Under the pieces are notes generated by a model. That model saw nothing but the letters and a program-made list of their open reading frames with translations. It was not told the DNA's origin and did not search any database. 64,000 nucleotides of DNA from Clostridia bacterium (lineage in GTDB: Bacteria; Bacillota; DSM-521; Neomoorellales; JACIYF01). The stretch spans positions 17,717-81,716 of the forward strand of contig JACIYF010000002.1 of the NCBI GenBank assembly GCA_014360065.1. The letters are read 5' to 3'. Positions 39,536 through 48,304 of the stretch are shown here, piece by piece. A program made the position numbers and the translations under genes. Within the stretch, counting starts at the first letter, position 1. Each line of letters starts with the position of its first letter.

Positions 39536-40192
39536 TTCCTGCCCTACTATGATTACGTGATAATCCCTGGATCCTGAGCCATCCTGGGGGCGGCGGTGGA
39601 AGATGACCGTGACGTTGCAGATCCGGTCGGGGCGCTGGCAATCGCTGCAGCGGCCCAGCTCGACGCAGGGGGTATCGCACTTGAGGCGAGCGGCGTTCAT
39701 TACCCCCGCCACCCCCCGGGACCGGCTCAACGCGTCCTCCAAGGTGGGCACCAGCTTGTTGATCCCAGCTACGATGATCACCTTTTTAGGGCCAAAGATG
39801 CTGGAGGCAACCCGGTTGCCGGTGCCATCCACATTGACGATCTGTCCGTCCATGGAAATGGCGTTGGCGCTAGTAATAAAAACATCGCTAGTAAGCTGCC
39901 GACGTAGGGTAAGGGCCCGTTCCTCTCCGCTAAGCTCAGGGTTCCAATGGTCAAAAACCTCATGGCCCCGCTGGCGTAGAGCCTCAGGAATTCTCATTTC
40001 CCTGATGGTGATGCTGCCACCCACGCCCACGCTGGCTCCTGCCGGTATGAGCTCTAGGATCTTCTGGGCAGCTTCTTCAGCCCTGGCAAAATACCAGGCA
40101 TCATAGCCCTTGCGCTTCAGCGCCTGTACTACCGCGTTGCCTCTAACTGCTAGAGCTATCTCCTTCACCGTCGGATTCGACTCCTGCGCCAT
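39524..40192 (-). CDS. LUD (lactate utilisation, YkgG/LutC-like) domain protein with a Cys-rich C-terminus.
   Basis: 222-aa ORF reading VGVGGSITIRE...FITSANAISMDGQIVNVDGTGNRV...IIVAGINK, with C-terminal CDTPCVELGRCSDCQRPDRIC. Confidence 0.65.
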   Translation of the reverse strand: MAQESNPTVKEIALAVRGNAVVQALKRKGYDAWYFARAEEAAQKILELIPAGASVGVGGSITIREMRIPEALRQRGHEVFDHWNPELSGEERALTLRRQLTSDVFITSANAISMDGQIVNVDGTGNRVASSIFGPKKVIIVAGINKLVPTLEDALSRSRGVAGVMNAARLKCDTPCVELGRCSDCQRPDRICNVTVIFHRRPQDGSGSRDYHVIIVGQELGF

Positions 40193-40399
40193 GTCTTGCT
40201 ACAACCTCCAATCTCTAGATGTTATATGACCACGCCTACCATATGTAAATTATACCAACACTAAACCAGACTGGCTGTCCTCGGCTAAAGCTGGAGCTGG
40301 ATTGGTTGCGCCCTTCTGCATACTCAAGCTACCTAAAGGCGAAAAATACTACCAAGGAAAATCGAGGTGCTATACGCCAACCAAGCTAGGAGCGGGGCC

Positions 40400-40849
40400 A
40401 TGGTAGGAAATGTGGAAATAGCTGTTCGTTTGATCGGGGCCTTTATCCTGGGCACCATTATTGGGCTAGAGAGGGAGCGGCGGCAAAAACCAGCCGGGCT
40501 AAGGACCCATGCCCTGGTATGCTTGGGTTCGGCCCTCTTTACGGCAGTCGGTTCCTATGGGCTCATCAATTCTGGACTGCTCACCCCTGCCACTAGTGCT
40601 GACCGCATCGCCGCCCAGATCGTATCCGGGGTGGGCTTTATCGGCGCCGGACTCATCTTTAAAGAGCAAAGCCACGTCCGCGGCCTGACTACCGCTGCCA
40701 GCATCTGGCTGACCGCTGCCATCGGCATGGCCATCGCCATCGGTTTCTATGCGCCCGCTCTGATCGGTACTGCCATTGGCTTCCTGGGACTGCGCCTGCA
40801 CCACCTTTTGCGCCGCTTGGGGCTGGAGATAGGCCCCGAGGAAGACTAG
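40400..40849 (+). CDS. MgtC/SapB family membrane protein.
   Basis: GLERERRQKPAGLRTHALVCLGSALF...GVGFIGAGLIFK...GLTTAASIW motifs. ATG at 40400 after AGGAG. Confidence 0.8.
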   Translation: MVGNVEIAVRLIGAFILGTIIGLERERRQKPAGLRTHALVCLGSALFTAVGSYGLINSGLLTPATSADRIAAQIVSGVGFIGAGLIFKEQSHVRGLTTAASIWLTAAIGMAIAIGFYAPALIGTAIGFLGLRLHHLLRRLGLEIGPEED

Positions 40850-40869
40850 AACTTGGCCGACCAATCTTA

Positions 40870-41508
40870 TTACTTGAGCAGATCCGCCAAAGTCTCTTCC
40901 TCCACTACCTCTACCCCGGCAATAATGCGCACCTTCACTTTTCCCCGGCTTATGAGATAGCGCAGCAGGCTGGGTGACAGGCTGTACCTTTTTAGTGCCT
41001 CCGGTATAGTGATCCACCCGCTGGGGATAGGCTGGTGCTCCACGGCATCCTCCCCCTCTTCCTGCATCACTATCAGCGGCCAGCGCCGGGAGTCCAAGCC
41101 CAGCAAGGTTGCCAACTTTTCGGTCATCCCTATGACCTGATAGCCTTGGCGGTAGCGGGACACCACAAACCCCATTTCCCGTAATTCCTTGACGTAGCGC
41201 TCAATGGTCCTGAGGCTGCAACCGAATTTTACCGCCAAGACCTCAGTGGACATGCGCCGGCGTGCCAGCATAAAAAAAAGGGCCAACACTGAAGGTCCTT
41301 TTCGAGAAGCAATTTCCGGAGGCATGAGGAAAGTATTGGCCGTGGTAAGGTTATAGTCGACTGGGGCATCATATACCGAGGGAAGCTCTTCCTTGCTAAT
41401 CCTCAGCCTTGCCAACTTTGCCTGTACCTCATCAGCATTCCCTGCTGCAATCCTGGCCACCAAGCTACCCCTCCCGGCATTCCCTACCAAAACTGGTATG
41501 GCACGCAT
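40870..41508 (-). CDS. Putative HTH transcriptional regulator (central HTH_11-like domain plus a C-terminal excisionase/MerR-like HTH).
   Basis: MSTEVLAVKFGCSLRTIERYVKELREMGF, and a C-terminal ITIPEALKRYSLSPSLLRYLISRGKV. Confidence 0.45.
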   Translation of the reverse strand: MRAIPVLVGNAGRGSLVARIAAGNADEVQAKLARLRISKEELPSVYDAPVDYNLTTANTFLMPPEIASRKGPSVLALFFMLARRRMSTEVLAVKFGCSLRTIERYVKELREMGFVVSRYRQGYQVIGMTEKLATLLGLDSRRWPLIVMQEEGEDAVEHQPIPSGWITIPEALKRYSLSPSLLRYLISRGKVKVRIIAGVEVVEEETLADLLK

Positions 41509-41679
41509 TGGCCCTTTACATAGATAATTCGTATCAATACCTAGAAATCCGGGGTTATCACCCCTCTATTTTTATATTCGGCACCAATTGCTCCGATCTG
41601 AATGTTGACCATGACAAAATTGCCGAACAAAAGGCCCGGTGCTATCAATTGTCGGTTTACTTGGCAGGAATTGTCATCC

Positions 41680-42132
41680 CTAGTTGAGCATTACTTTGGC
41701 ACCCGCTGCCAGGAGACCGAGGCCCACCAGCTTCATCCAAGTAAAAGGGATGGTTTTCAGCCCAAATAGACCAAAATGATCGATGATCAAGGCGCAAGTA
41801 ACCTGGCCGACAATGATGGCCGTGGTCGCCCAAGCCACGCCAATTTTGGGAATGCTGAAGGCCACCGCATAGATAATACCGACGCTAATAATTCCTCCCA
41901 AGTAGGCATACCAAGGGCCAGCCCAAGCTCGGGCCCAGGTAATCTTCTCCCAACCGGCCACAAGAATAGCTAAACAAAGCAAACTGCTAGTGATGGTGCC
42001 GATCAGGTGGACGGCCAGTGTGGCCATCAGGGTGCTAGTAGCTTTGCCAAGGGCCGAGTTGAGCGATCCTTGGATGGCCATGCTGGCACCCGCCGCTAGA
42101 GCTATCAAAAGAGCTACCCAGGTTCCCAGCAA
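41680..42132 (-). CDS. DMT-superfamily DUF606 (YdcZ-like) membrane protein.
   Basis: Hydrophobic ORF of about 150 aa (GSLNSALGK...). The track start (TTG 42150) lies inside the GGAGGAGG RBS motif, so I chose the TTG at 42132. Confidence 0.65.
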   Translation of the reverse strand: MLGTWVALLIALAAGASMAIQGSLNSALGKATSTLMATLAVHLIGTITSSLLCLAILVAGWEKITWARAWAGPWYAYLGGIISVGIIYAVAFSIPKIGVAWATTAIIVGQVTCALIIDHFGLFGLKTIPFTWMKLVGLGLLAAGAKVMLN

Positions 42133-42202
42133 ATTAGCTTCCTCCTCCAAAAAACATATATTTCCAGCTGGGGCGCTGTTCCTCCGCTCCGTAATCCTGC
42201 GC

Positions 42203-42215
42203 GCCCAGCACTCAA
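42203..42215. repeat. Single copy of the repeat core (GCCCAGCACTCAA) in the DUF606 gene leader.
   Basis: Exact core, preceded by CCGCTCCGTAATCCTGCGC, which is the inverse of 16720-16738. Confidence 0.75.
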
Positions 42216-42490
42216 TCCTGGACTCAACCTAGTCTCATTAAAGCTCTACCTTGGTCTCCGGTGACAGGGGCACTCCTAAGGCGAAATTGAAAAAGTAGCT
42301 GTCGTAAGAGCAGCTCGCCAAATTAGTATTCCCATGGCCAGCGTGGCCAATTAGCGCTTTGCCACTAGGCCGATTTGGAGCGACCTGATTTTACCGCTTA
42401 TAGAAACAGGTGCGAAGCACATTCTAATTTACGGAAGTAACCTAGCCGGCATTTAGCCTGGGCCGCACCTGGGCTAGAGTGAGGGTAACC

Positions 42491-43522
42491 ATGCGAGCCA
42501 GCCGCCGCCAAATCTTAAGTAATAAGTTGTTGCCCTTAGCCTTATCAGCCATAATGGCCGGGGCTTTCTTTGCCAGCCGCCTTTGCCAACTGGCCTGGGC
42601 TCATTCGCCATCCCCTCCGACTGCCCGCACAACTCAGATCGTTACTTGGGGTAGCCTGGGGGGTTGCGATTGCCGAGGACAGATCCTTAAGCCAACTCCT
42701 GAACCCCACCAAAAGGGGTTGGATGTGGAGGAACTGCAGCAACGTTTGCGTGAGCTAGGTTACTATTTCGGACCCATAAACGGCGTTTACGGGCCGGACA
42801 CTTGGAAGGCGGTACGGCAGTTTAAGGCCAACCTGGGTTTGCCTCCGGATGCAGTGGTAGATGAAGCTACCTGGGAAGCCCTAGGGTACGGGATTGAAAT
42901 CCCGATTTCTAAAGATCCCCTCCCGCCTCCTGAAGAGCCAATCGCCATAACCATCGACACCGACCGCAAGCGCCTGATGGTCTACAGCAAGGGCGATCTA
43001 TACTCAGAGTTCCCGGTGGCAGTTGGCAAGCCGGAAACTCCTACCCCTCGAGGAGAATGGAAGATAATATACAAAGGAAGGGACTGGGGCGGGGGCTTCG
43101 GTACCCGGTGGTTAGGGTTAAACGTCCCCTGGGGCATCTATGGCATCCACGGCACTAATAAGCCCTGGTCCATAGGCACGGCAGCCTCCCACGGCTGCAT
43201 TCGCATGTTCAACCATCACGTGGAACAGCTCTGGGAGTGGGTAAAAGTGGGCACACCGGTAACTATCGTTGGCCCACCCGGTTTTCCCGATTACTGGAGC
43301 TTCCGTACCATTGAACCCAAAGCGGTGGGTCCCGATGTGGTGGAAGTACAGAAGCGGCTCCGCCAGGAAGGGCTCTATTGGTCCTGGATTGATGGCTCCT
43401 ACGGGGATGCGACCATACGGGCGGTGAAGTACTTCCAGGCCCTGCAAGGTTTACCCATCACCGGGGTGGTGGATCGCAAGACCTATCAGGCTTTAGGCCT
43501 AAAGATTATCGAGTGGGATTGA
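42491..43522 (+). CDS. L,D-transpeptidase (YkuD) flanked by two peptidoglycan-binding (PG_binding_1) domains.
   Basis: VEELQQRLRELGYYFGPINGVYG..., catalytic SHGCIRM, and a second PGB repeat VVEVQKRLRQEGLYWSWIDGSYG. Confidence 0.85.
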   Translation: MRASRRQILSNKLLPLALSAIMAGAFFASRLCQLAWAHSPSPPTARTTQIVTWGSLGGCDCRGQILKPTPEPHQKGLDVEELQQRLRELGYYFGPINGVYGPDTWKAVRQFKANLGLPPDAVVDEATWEALGYGIEIPISKDPLPPPEEPIAITIDTDRKRLMVYSKGDLYSEFPVAVGKPETPTPRGEWKIIYKGRDWGGGFGTRWLGLNVPWGIYGIHGTNKPWSIGTAASHGCIRMFNHHVEQLWEWVKVGTPVTIVGPPGFPDYWSFRTIEPKAVGPDVVEVQKRLRQEGLYWSWIDGSYGDATIRAVKYFQALQGLPITGVVDRKTYQALGLKIIEWD

Positions 43523-44567
43523 AACTAATTAGCATCCCATGGAGCAACCCGGTATCGCTGACAATCACCTGGCCGACACCTAGGACCAGAAGCACAGCAT
43601 AAAGGATCATGGCTCCGGCCGTAATGATCTCTGCTCGCGGCGGATCAAAGGCTAGGAGCTCTTGCCGCTCGGCCGGGGCAGCCAGGGCCAGCCTCTCCCA
43701 CCACTCTTTGACCGCACTACGCCTCAGGATATGCCCATGCACCTGGCCGGGATCATAGCTCTTAAGTCCAAGGTCCATAGCCCCCAAGGCAGTTATGGTG
43801 CCACCGATCCCGATCACCGGCCGGCTAGCGGGAGCAATGTCACTGGGGGGCAGCCGCATCCCCGTAGCTACCAAGCCATCTTCCAGCAAGGCCTGGGCCT
43901 CGGCCAGGGTGGTAGCGACTCGGGTGCACCGCACCGACCCCAAAGGGAAACTTAGAGCCTGAAGCTCCGGCCCGCCGCCAGGCTTGCTAGCAGTAATTTC
44001 GGTGCTGCCCCCACCGATATCTATAACCACGGGCGGCAAGGTCAAAGCGGCTTCGTCCCACCCTGCCTGCGCCCACGTTCTTCGCATCCGCTCTTCTGCC
44101 AATACCAAGGAAGCGCCCCGGTACCCCAGCTCACCTTCCCGAGCACCATCGATGATTTCGACCGCAAAACCGGTTTCTTTAGCAATGGTCACCAGAACTT
44201 CTTCCCGATTGGCAGCTTCCCGCAGGGCACTGGTCCCCACCGCCCAAACCCCAGCCGGCCGGTAGCTAGCCACTATCTCTTGGTATTCCTTGAGAGCAGC
44301 AACTGTCCTTTCCAGGGCAGCCAGAGAAATAAAGCTAGGGCCGAGCCCGGCCCGGAAGCCGGGCTCGGCCCTAGCCACTTGCCTTTCTCCCAAACGGGTG
44401 GTGCGGATCTCAGCCCGCAAGCGCCGGATCTGCCAATTGGCACAGCTTCCCTGGTTAAGCCCGGGGCCGGCACTCCCGCGCTGCCTCGGCAACCGCTCCA
44501 CCTCGGCTATCAGCAATCTTACCGTGTTGCTACCCACGTCGATGGCCGCCAAGGTCTGTCCGCCCAT
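43506..44567 (-). CDS. Ppx/GppA family phosphatase.
   Basis: AAIDVGSNTVRLLIAEV...VIDIGGGSTEI motifs. Confidence 0.8.
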   Translation of the reverse strand: MGGQTLAAIDVGSNTVRLLIAEVERLPRQRGSAGPGLNQGSCANWQIRRLRAEIRTTRLGERQVARAEPGFRAGLGPSFISLAALERTVAALKEYQEIVASYRPAGVWAVGTSALREAANREEVLVTIAKETGFAVEIIDGAREGELGYRGASLVLAEERMRRTWAQAGWDEAALTLPPVVIDIGGGSTEITASKPGGGPELQALSFPLGSVRCTRVATTLAEAQALLEDGLVATGMRLPPSDIAPASRPVIGIGGTITALGAMDLGLKSYDPGQVHGHILRRSAVKEWWERLALAAPAERQELLAFDPPRAEIITAGAMILYAVLLVLGVGQVIVSDTGLLHGMLISFNPTR

Positions 44568-44608
44568 TTCGGTAACCTGAACTAACCTCCTGACTTATAA
44601 CCCCTGGC

Positions 44609-45028
44609 CTAGCCATGAATCAGCTTGGGCAGGCAGCGGGCGCAAGCCCACCTCTCCCGGCCGCGAAAGCGGACGGGGAAGAGGTAAACTATGCTGTCGT
44701 TGGCCTGGCAGAATAGGCAACGGGCCTCCTCGCCGCCGCCCCAGCTCTGGGCCTGGACTGGGGATGGCGCTGGCGCCGCCCAGGCTAGCCCTGCCGGCTC
44801 GGCCTTGGCAGCCTTGGGATCAAAAGGCGGAGCTTCCCGCTCCTCCAGGCTTAAGGCGCCGGTAGGGCAAACGCTCAAGCAAACGCCGCCGCCATCACAG
44901 ATCTCCTCTCGGAGCACCTTGGCCTTGCCGTTTACCAGGGTTATAGCTCCTTCCACGCAAGGGCTAATGCATTGGCCGCAACCGTTGCATAGCTCTTCGT
45001 CGATCTTGACGATAGTGCGCTTCACCAT
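44609..45028 (-). CDS. 2x[4Fe-4S] ferredoxin-domain protein with a C-terminal CxxC...CxxC tail.
   Basis: [11 protein letters not shown] and [12 protein letters not shown], with C-terminal CLFCQ...CARC. ATG at 45028 after GGAGGTG. Confidence 0.7.
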   Translation of the reverse strand: MVKRTIVKIDEELCNGCGQCISPCVEGAITLVNGKAKVLREEICDGGGVCLSVCPTGALSLEEREAPPFDPKAAKAEPAGLAWAAPAPSPVQAQSWGGGEEARCLFCQANDSIVYLFPVRFRGRERWACARCLPKLIHG

Positions 45029-45119
45029 GGTTCCCACCTCCAGGAACCATTATACCCCGGTTTTGGCCCCTGATCGGTGAGCTGCATCACACTACCGCCT
45101 TGGCTCCCGAGGCCGCCGC

Positions 45120-46001
45120 TCATCCTGCTAGCAATCCATGCCGCACCAGGGTGGGAATGGGGCTCACCAGGTGCTTTTTCAGCCAGCTCCGGGCCGGCTC
45201 CATGCCCATGGCCAAGCCCACCAGCTCAGTAAAATACACCACCGGCAGCCCAAAGTCCTGCCCGGAAGCCCTGGCGATCTGCGGTTGCCTGAGTTCCAAG
45301 TTGGGCTGGCACAATGGGCAAGCCGACACTATCAATTCTGCGCCCTCAGTTTTGGCTTCACTCAAGATATGGCCCCCAAGCCGATAGGTAACCTCGGGGG
45401 CAGTAATGCTATAGGACGCCCCGCAGCAATCGGTCTTGGCTCCCCAAGGGGCTACTTCCGCTCCCAAGACTTCCAGCAAGCGATCTAAGCTGCTAGGATT
45501 GGTGGGGTGATCGAATTGAGCTACTTTCTCCGGACGGGTCAGCAGGCACCCGTAGTAGGGAACCACCCGTAAGCCGTTTAGCGGCCGCTTAATCTGGTTG
45601 GCCAAAGCATCCAGGCCCACTTGGTTCACTAATAGGTCCAGCGAGCTCCGAACTTGCACCCGGTTGTTAAAGGTCTGCCCGATTACTTCCTCGATCTGGC
45701 GCACCCCTTCTTGGTCCTCAGCGTAGATTTTGGCTGCCCGCAGGTGGCTAAAACAAGCCGCGCAGGGCGTCATCACCTGCTCCAGCCCAGCCTTTTCCGC
45801 CAGGACCAAGTTTCTGGCGCTGAGGCAAGCGCTGAGGAGGGCGCTTTCCGCATAGGCAGGGGTTGAACCGCAGCAGTTCCACTTAGGTATTTCCACCAAG
45901 TCTACCCCCAGGGACGCAAATACCGCCCGGGTGGAGGCATCGTAGCTTCGAGCCATGCCATGGGCCGAACAACCAGGATAATAGCCAACTCGGATAGTCA
46001 T
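45120..46001 (-). CDS. hdrB2: HdrB-like subunit (two CCG domains), second copy.
   Basis: MTIRVGYYPGCS...WNCCGSTPAY...CPLCQ. The ATG at 46001 overlaps the upstream stop (ATGA). Confidence 0.75.
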   Translation of the reverse strand: MTIRVGYYPGCSAHGMARSYDASTRAVFASLGVDLVEIPKWNCCGSTPAYAESALLSACLSARNLVLAEKAGLEQVMTPCAACFSHLRAAKIYAEDQEGVRQIEEVIGQTFNNRVQVRSSLDLLVNQVGLDALANQIKRPLNGLRVVPYYGCLLTRPEKVAQFDHPTNPSSLDRLLEVLGAEVAPWGAKTDCCGASYSITAPEVTYRLGGHILSEAKTEGAELIVSACPLCQPNLELRQPQIARASGQDFGLPVVYFTELVGLAMGMEPARSWLKKHLVSPIPTLVRHGLLAG

Positions 46002-46615
46002 GACGCTTTTTCCACCTGCCTTACCCTCATTAAGATTCGCCTGAGCTCCTCCCCTTCCGCCGACGTCTGCCGCCGGATGCCGGGCAAGCCTAGGCTGCCA
46101 GCGGCTCGCCACATATCACCGATCCGCACCATCCCCCGCTGAAACAACTTGATCCCCAGGGGCAAATCCTGAAATGGCTTCCCGCTTTTCAAGTCATATT
46201 CCAACATTAGCCCTATTTCCTCCACCCGGCCAGTGGCCATCATGTTCTCCAGGAAGAGACGGTTAAAGCGAACAACACTGGCGTCTGGAGCCCCATAACC
46301 CTCATGCCGAGCCATTTCCCGCAAGGTTTCATTGACCCGGTACATGGCAAACCCCGAAGGGCAGTTGGCCTCACAGGTAGCACAGCCCAGGCATAAATAG
46401 ATGGCCCGACTGGCAAACAGCTTTTCCTTTTGCCCATCCACAATCATTTGCACGATCTGGTTGGGAGGGTAATCCATAATTGATCCCAACGGGCAGCCGC
46501 CCGAGCACTTGCCGCACTGGTAGCACTCGTATACCTTTTGGCCACTCCTCCTCTCCACTTCATTAAGGAACCAAGTCCCTTCTTGGTCCTGCTTGACCGA
46601 TATTCGCACAGGCAC
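45998..46615 (-). CDS. hdrC2: HdrC-like 2x[4Fe-4S] subunit, second copy.
   Basis: CYQCGKCSGGCP and CLGCATCEANCP. GTG start after AAGGAGG. Confidence 0.7.
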   Translation of the reverse strand: MPVRISVKQDQEGTWFLNEVERRSGQKVYECYQCGKCSGGCPLGSIMDYPPNQIVQMIVDGQKEKLFASRAIYLCLGCATCEANCPSGFAMYRVNETLREMARHEGYGAPDASVVRFNRLFLENMMATGRVEEIGLMLEYDLKSGKPFQDLPLGIKLFQRGMVRIGDMWRAAGSLGLPGIRRQTSAEGEELRRILMRVRQVEKAS

Positions 46616-46651
46616 CCGACCTCCTTTGCCGAATCTTTGCGGCAGTTTGGA

Positions 46652-47095
46652 CTAACCGCTTGCTCCCGCTAGCCCCGGGCGCGACCCCTCCACTGCGGCT
46701 TGGCGAGCCTTCTGGGCCCGAGCCTTAGGGCAATCAAACTCTCGCCTAAACTCCCGGTCTATGGGGCGATAATCAGGCTCAATGCCCTGCTTCAAGGCTA
46801 GCTGGCGCAATACTGCCATTAGGCGCGCAACATTGATGCCGGCTGGACAATTGATGCTGCATTCATGGCATTTCTCGCAATACCAAATGGCGCGGCAGTT
46901 CAAGACGCGACCTTCAAATCCATCCAGTATGCTCTCCACCAATTGCCGGGGAGTAAGATCAAACTCGGCTCCTTTTGCGCATGAACCGCCACATTTAGAG
47001 CATTGTAAGCAAGATCGCAGGTTAATGTGAGCTTCCCGCTCCACTTCCTGTCGGAAGCTCTCCTCAGGGCCAAATGGGTCCAACAACAGGCGCAT
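46652..47095 (-). CDS. Small HdrC-like di-cluster protein, in the 'hyp' position of sHdr-type clusters.
   Basis: 147-aa ORF with CLQCSKCGGSC and CEKCHECSINCP. Confidence 0.6.
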   Translation of the reverse strand: MRLLLDPFGPEESFRQEVEREAHINLRSCLQCSKCGGSCAKGAEFDLTPRQLVESILDGFEGRVLNCRAIWYCEKCHECSINCPAGINVARLMAVLRQLALKQGIEPDYRPIDREFRREFDCPKARAQKARQAAVEGSRPGLAGASG

Positions 47096-47139
47096 GTTTT
47101 CTCCCTACTCTCTTCCTAAGAACTAGCTACTCCCGGCCC

Positions 47140-47152
47140 GCCCAGCACTCCA
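47140..47152. repeat. Single copy of the repeat core (GCCCAGCACTCCA), between hdrA and the 147-aa gene.
   Basis: One mismatch to the core. It lies in a 78-nt intra-cluster gap. Confidence 0.6.
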
Positions 47153-47173
47153 CCCTTGACGCAGGGACATTGC

Positions 47174-48211
47174 TCACTTTTGGCCGGCCAAGTAGCCCAG
47201 CACTTCTGCCGCCGCGCTCCCGGCTTGGGCAACCGCCTGGCTGATTTCCATAGGTGCCAGGCAGGAGCCAGCTAGATAGATCCCTGGCCGAGAAGAGCGA
47301 ACTGGTTGGGTGTTGTAGTCGGCCTCTTGGAAGAACCCGTACTCATCGCAGGCTAAGTCCAGCATCTCCGCCAGCTGGCGGGAGTCGGAGCCTGGCTCCA
47401 TGGCCGAAGCCAAGACTACCAAGTCGGCTTCCAGTTCCACTGGATTGCCAATAAGGGAATCCTCGGCCCGAACCGTCAGTTTACCGCGGTTGGGAACAAC
47501 CTTAGCCACCCGGCCCCGGATGTAGCGAACGCCATATTCTTCGATGGCGGAGCGCACCAGCTCCTCATAGCCTTTACCTAAAGCCCGGATATCGATGTAG
47601 AACACAAAGACTTGCGCTTCGGGAATCTGCTGCTTGATGAGGATAGCCTCCTTGGCACAGTAGGAGCAGCAGATCTTGGAACAATAGCGATAGCCCTTGG
47701 CCCGGTCGCGAGAACCGACACAATGGACCAAGGCCACCACCGGCCTCGAGCCGGCGCCGAGGTATTGGGGCAGCTGCCTCGTTTGCAGAAGCCTTTCCAG
47801 CTCCAAGCTGGTGATAACTGATTTTAGCCGGCCGTAGCCATACTCGGTGTAAGCGGTGGGCTCAAAGTATTTAAACCCGGTGGCCACCACCACTGCACCC
47901 ACCGTTTCTTTGCGGGTGCCGTCTGGACCTTCAAGCACCGCCTCGAAGTTACCAGCCTGGCCGCTAAGCTGTTTGAGCTTAAACCCGGTCAGGATGGCAA
48001 CCTGAGGGTCGGCTTGCACGGATTCAAGTTCTTGCTTCAGCATAGCCTGGGCATCCTGGAGCCGCGGGAAAGTCATGGATATATCCCGCATATGCCCGCC
48101 CAGCTGGGACTCCTTCTCCACCAAGACCACCGGAACCCCACCAGCAGCAATTTTCTGAGCCGCTTTGATGCCGGCGATGCCTCCCCCGATAACTAGAGCC
48201 TTCCTCTCCAT
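47174..48211 (-). CDS. hdrA: Short HdrA-like FAD flavoprotein with one [4Fe-4S] motif.
   Basis: MERKALVIGGGIAGIKAA...LVEKESQLGGHM; HCVGSRD...YCSKICCSYC. About 345 aa from the ATG at 48211 (RBS GGAGGAGG). Confidence 0.75.
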   Translation of the reverse strand: MERKALVIGGGIAGIKAAQKIAAGGVPVVLVEKESQLGGHMRDISMTFPRLQDAQAMLKQELESVQADPQVAILTGFKLKQLSGQAGNFEAVLEGPDGTRKETVGAVVVATGFKYFEPTAYTEYGYGRLKSVITSLELERLLQTRQLPQYLGAGSRPVVALVHCVGSRDRAKGYRYCSKICCSYCAKEAILIKQQIPEAQVFVFYIDIRALGKGYEELVRSAIEEYGVRYIRGRVAKVVPNRGKLTVRAEDSLIGNPVELEADLVVLASAMEPGSDSRQLAEMLDLACDEYGFFQEADYNTQPVRSSRPGIYLAGSCLAPMEISQAVAQAGSAAAEVLGYLAGQK

Positions 48212-48247
48212 GTTCTGTCCTCCTCCAAAAAACATTTACTTCCAGCC

Positions 48248-48260
48248 ACCCAGCACTTAA
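48248..48260. repeat. Single copy of the repeat core (ACCCAGCACTTAA), between hdrB1 and hdrA.
   Basis: Two mismatches to the core. In mRNA sense it is followed by CTGGAAGTAAATGTTTTTTGGAGGAGG. Confidence 0.6.
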
Positions 48261-48304
48261 CGCAGAGCAACTCCACTCTCGCAAGCCGCCTATTGCCTAA
48301 CTCC

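Noticed and set aside
40193-40399. M-box (Mg2+) riboswitch upstream of the MgtC-family gene; GGCTAAAGCTGGAG resembles the M-box GUGCUAAAGCUCUACG block.
   Set aside because: The rest of the roughly 160-nt M-box consensus is absent, and the gap must also hold the divergent promoter. This single short match is insufficient.
47174-48211. Possible selenocysteine (TGA) recoding in hdrA or other redox genes, given the tRNA-Sec in the window.
   Set aside because: The hdrA-like ORF is uninterrupted and uses Cys at the cluster motif. The other split or truncated frames in the window end in TAA. No in-frame TGA followed by continuing homology was seen.
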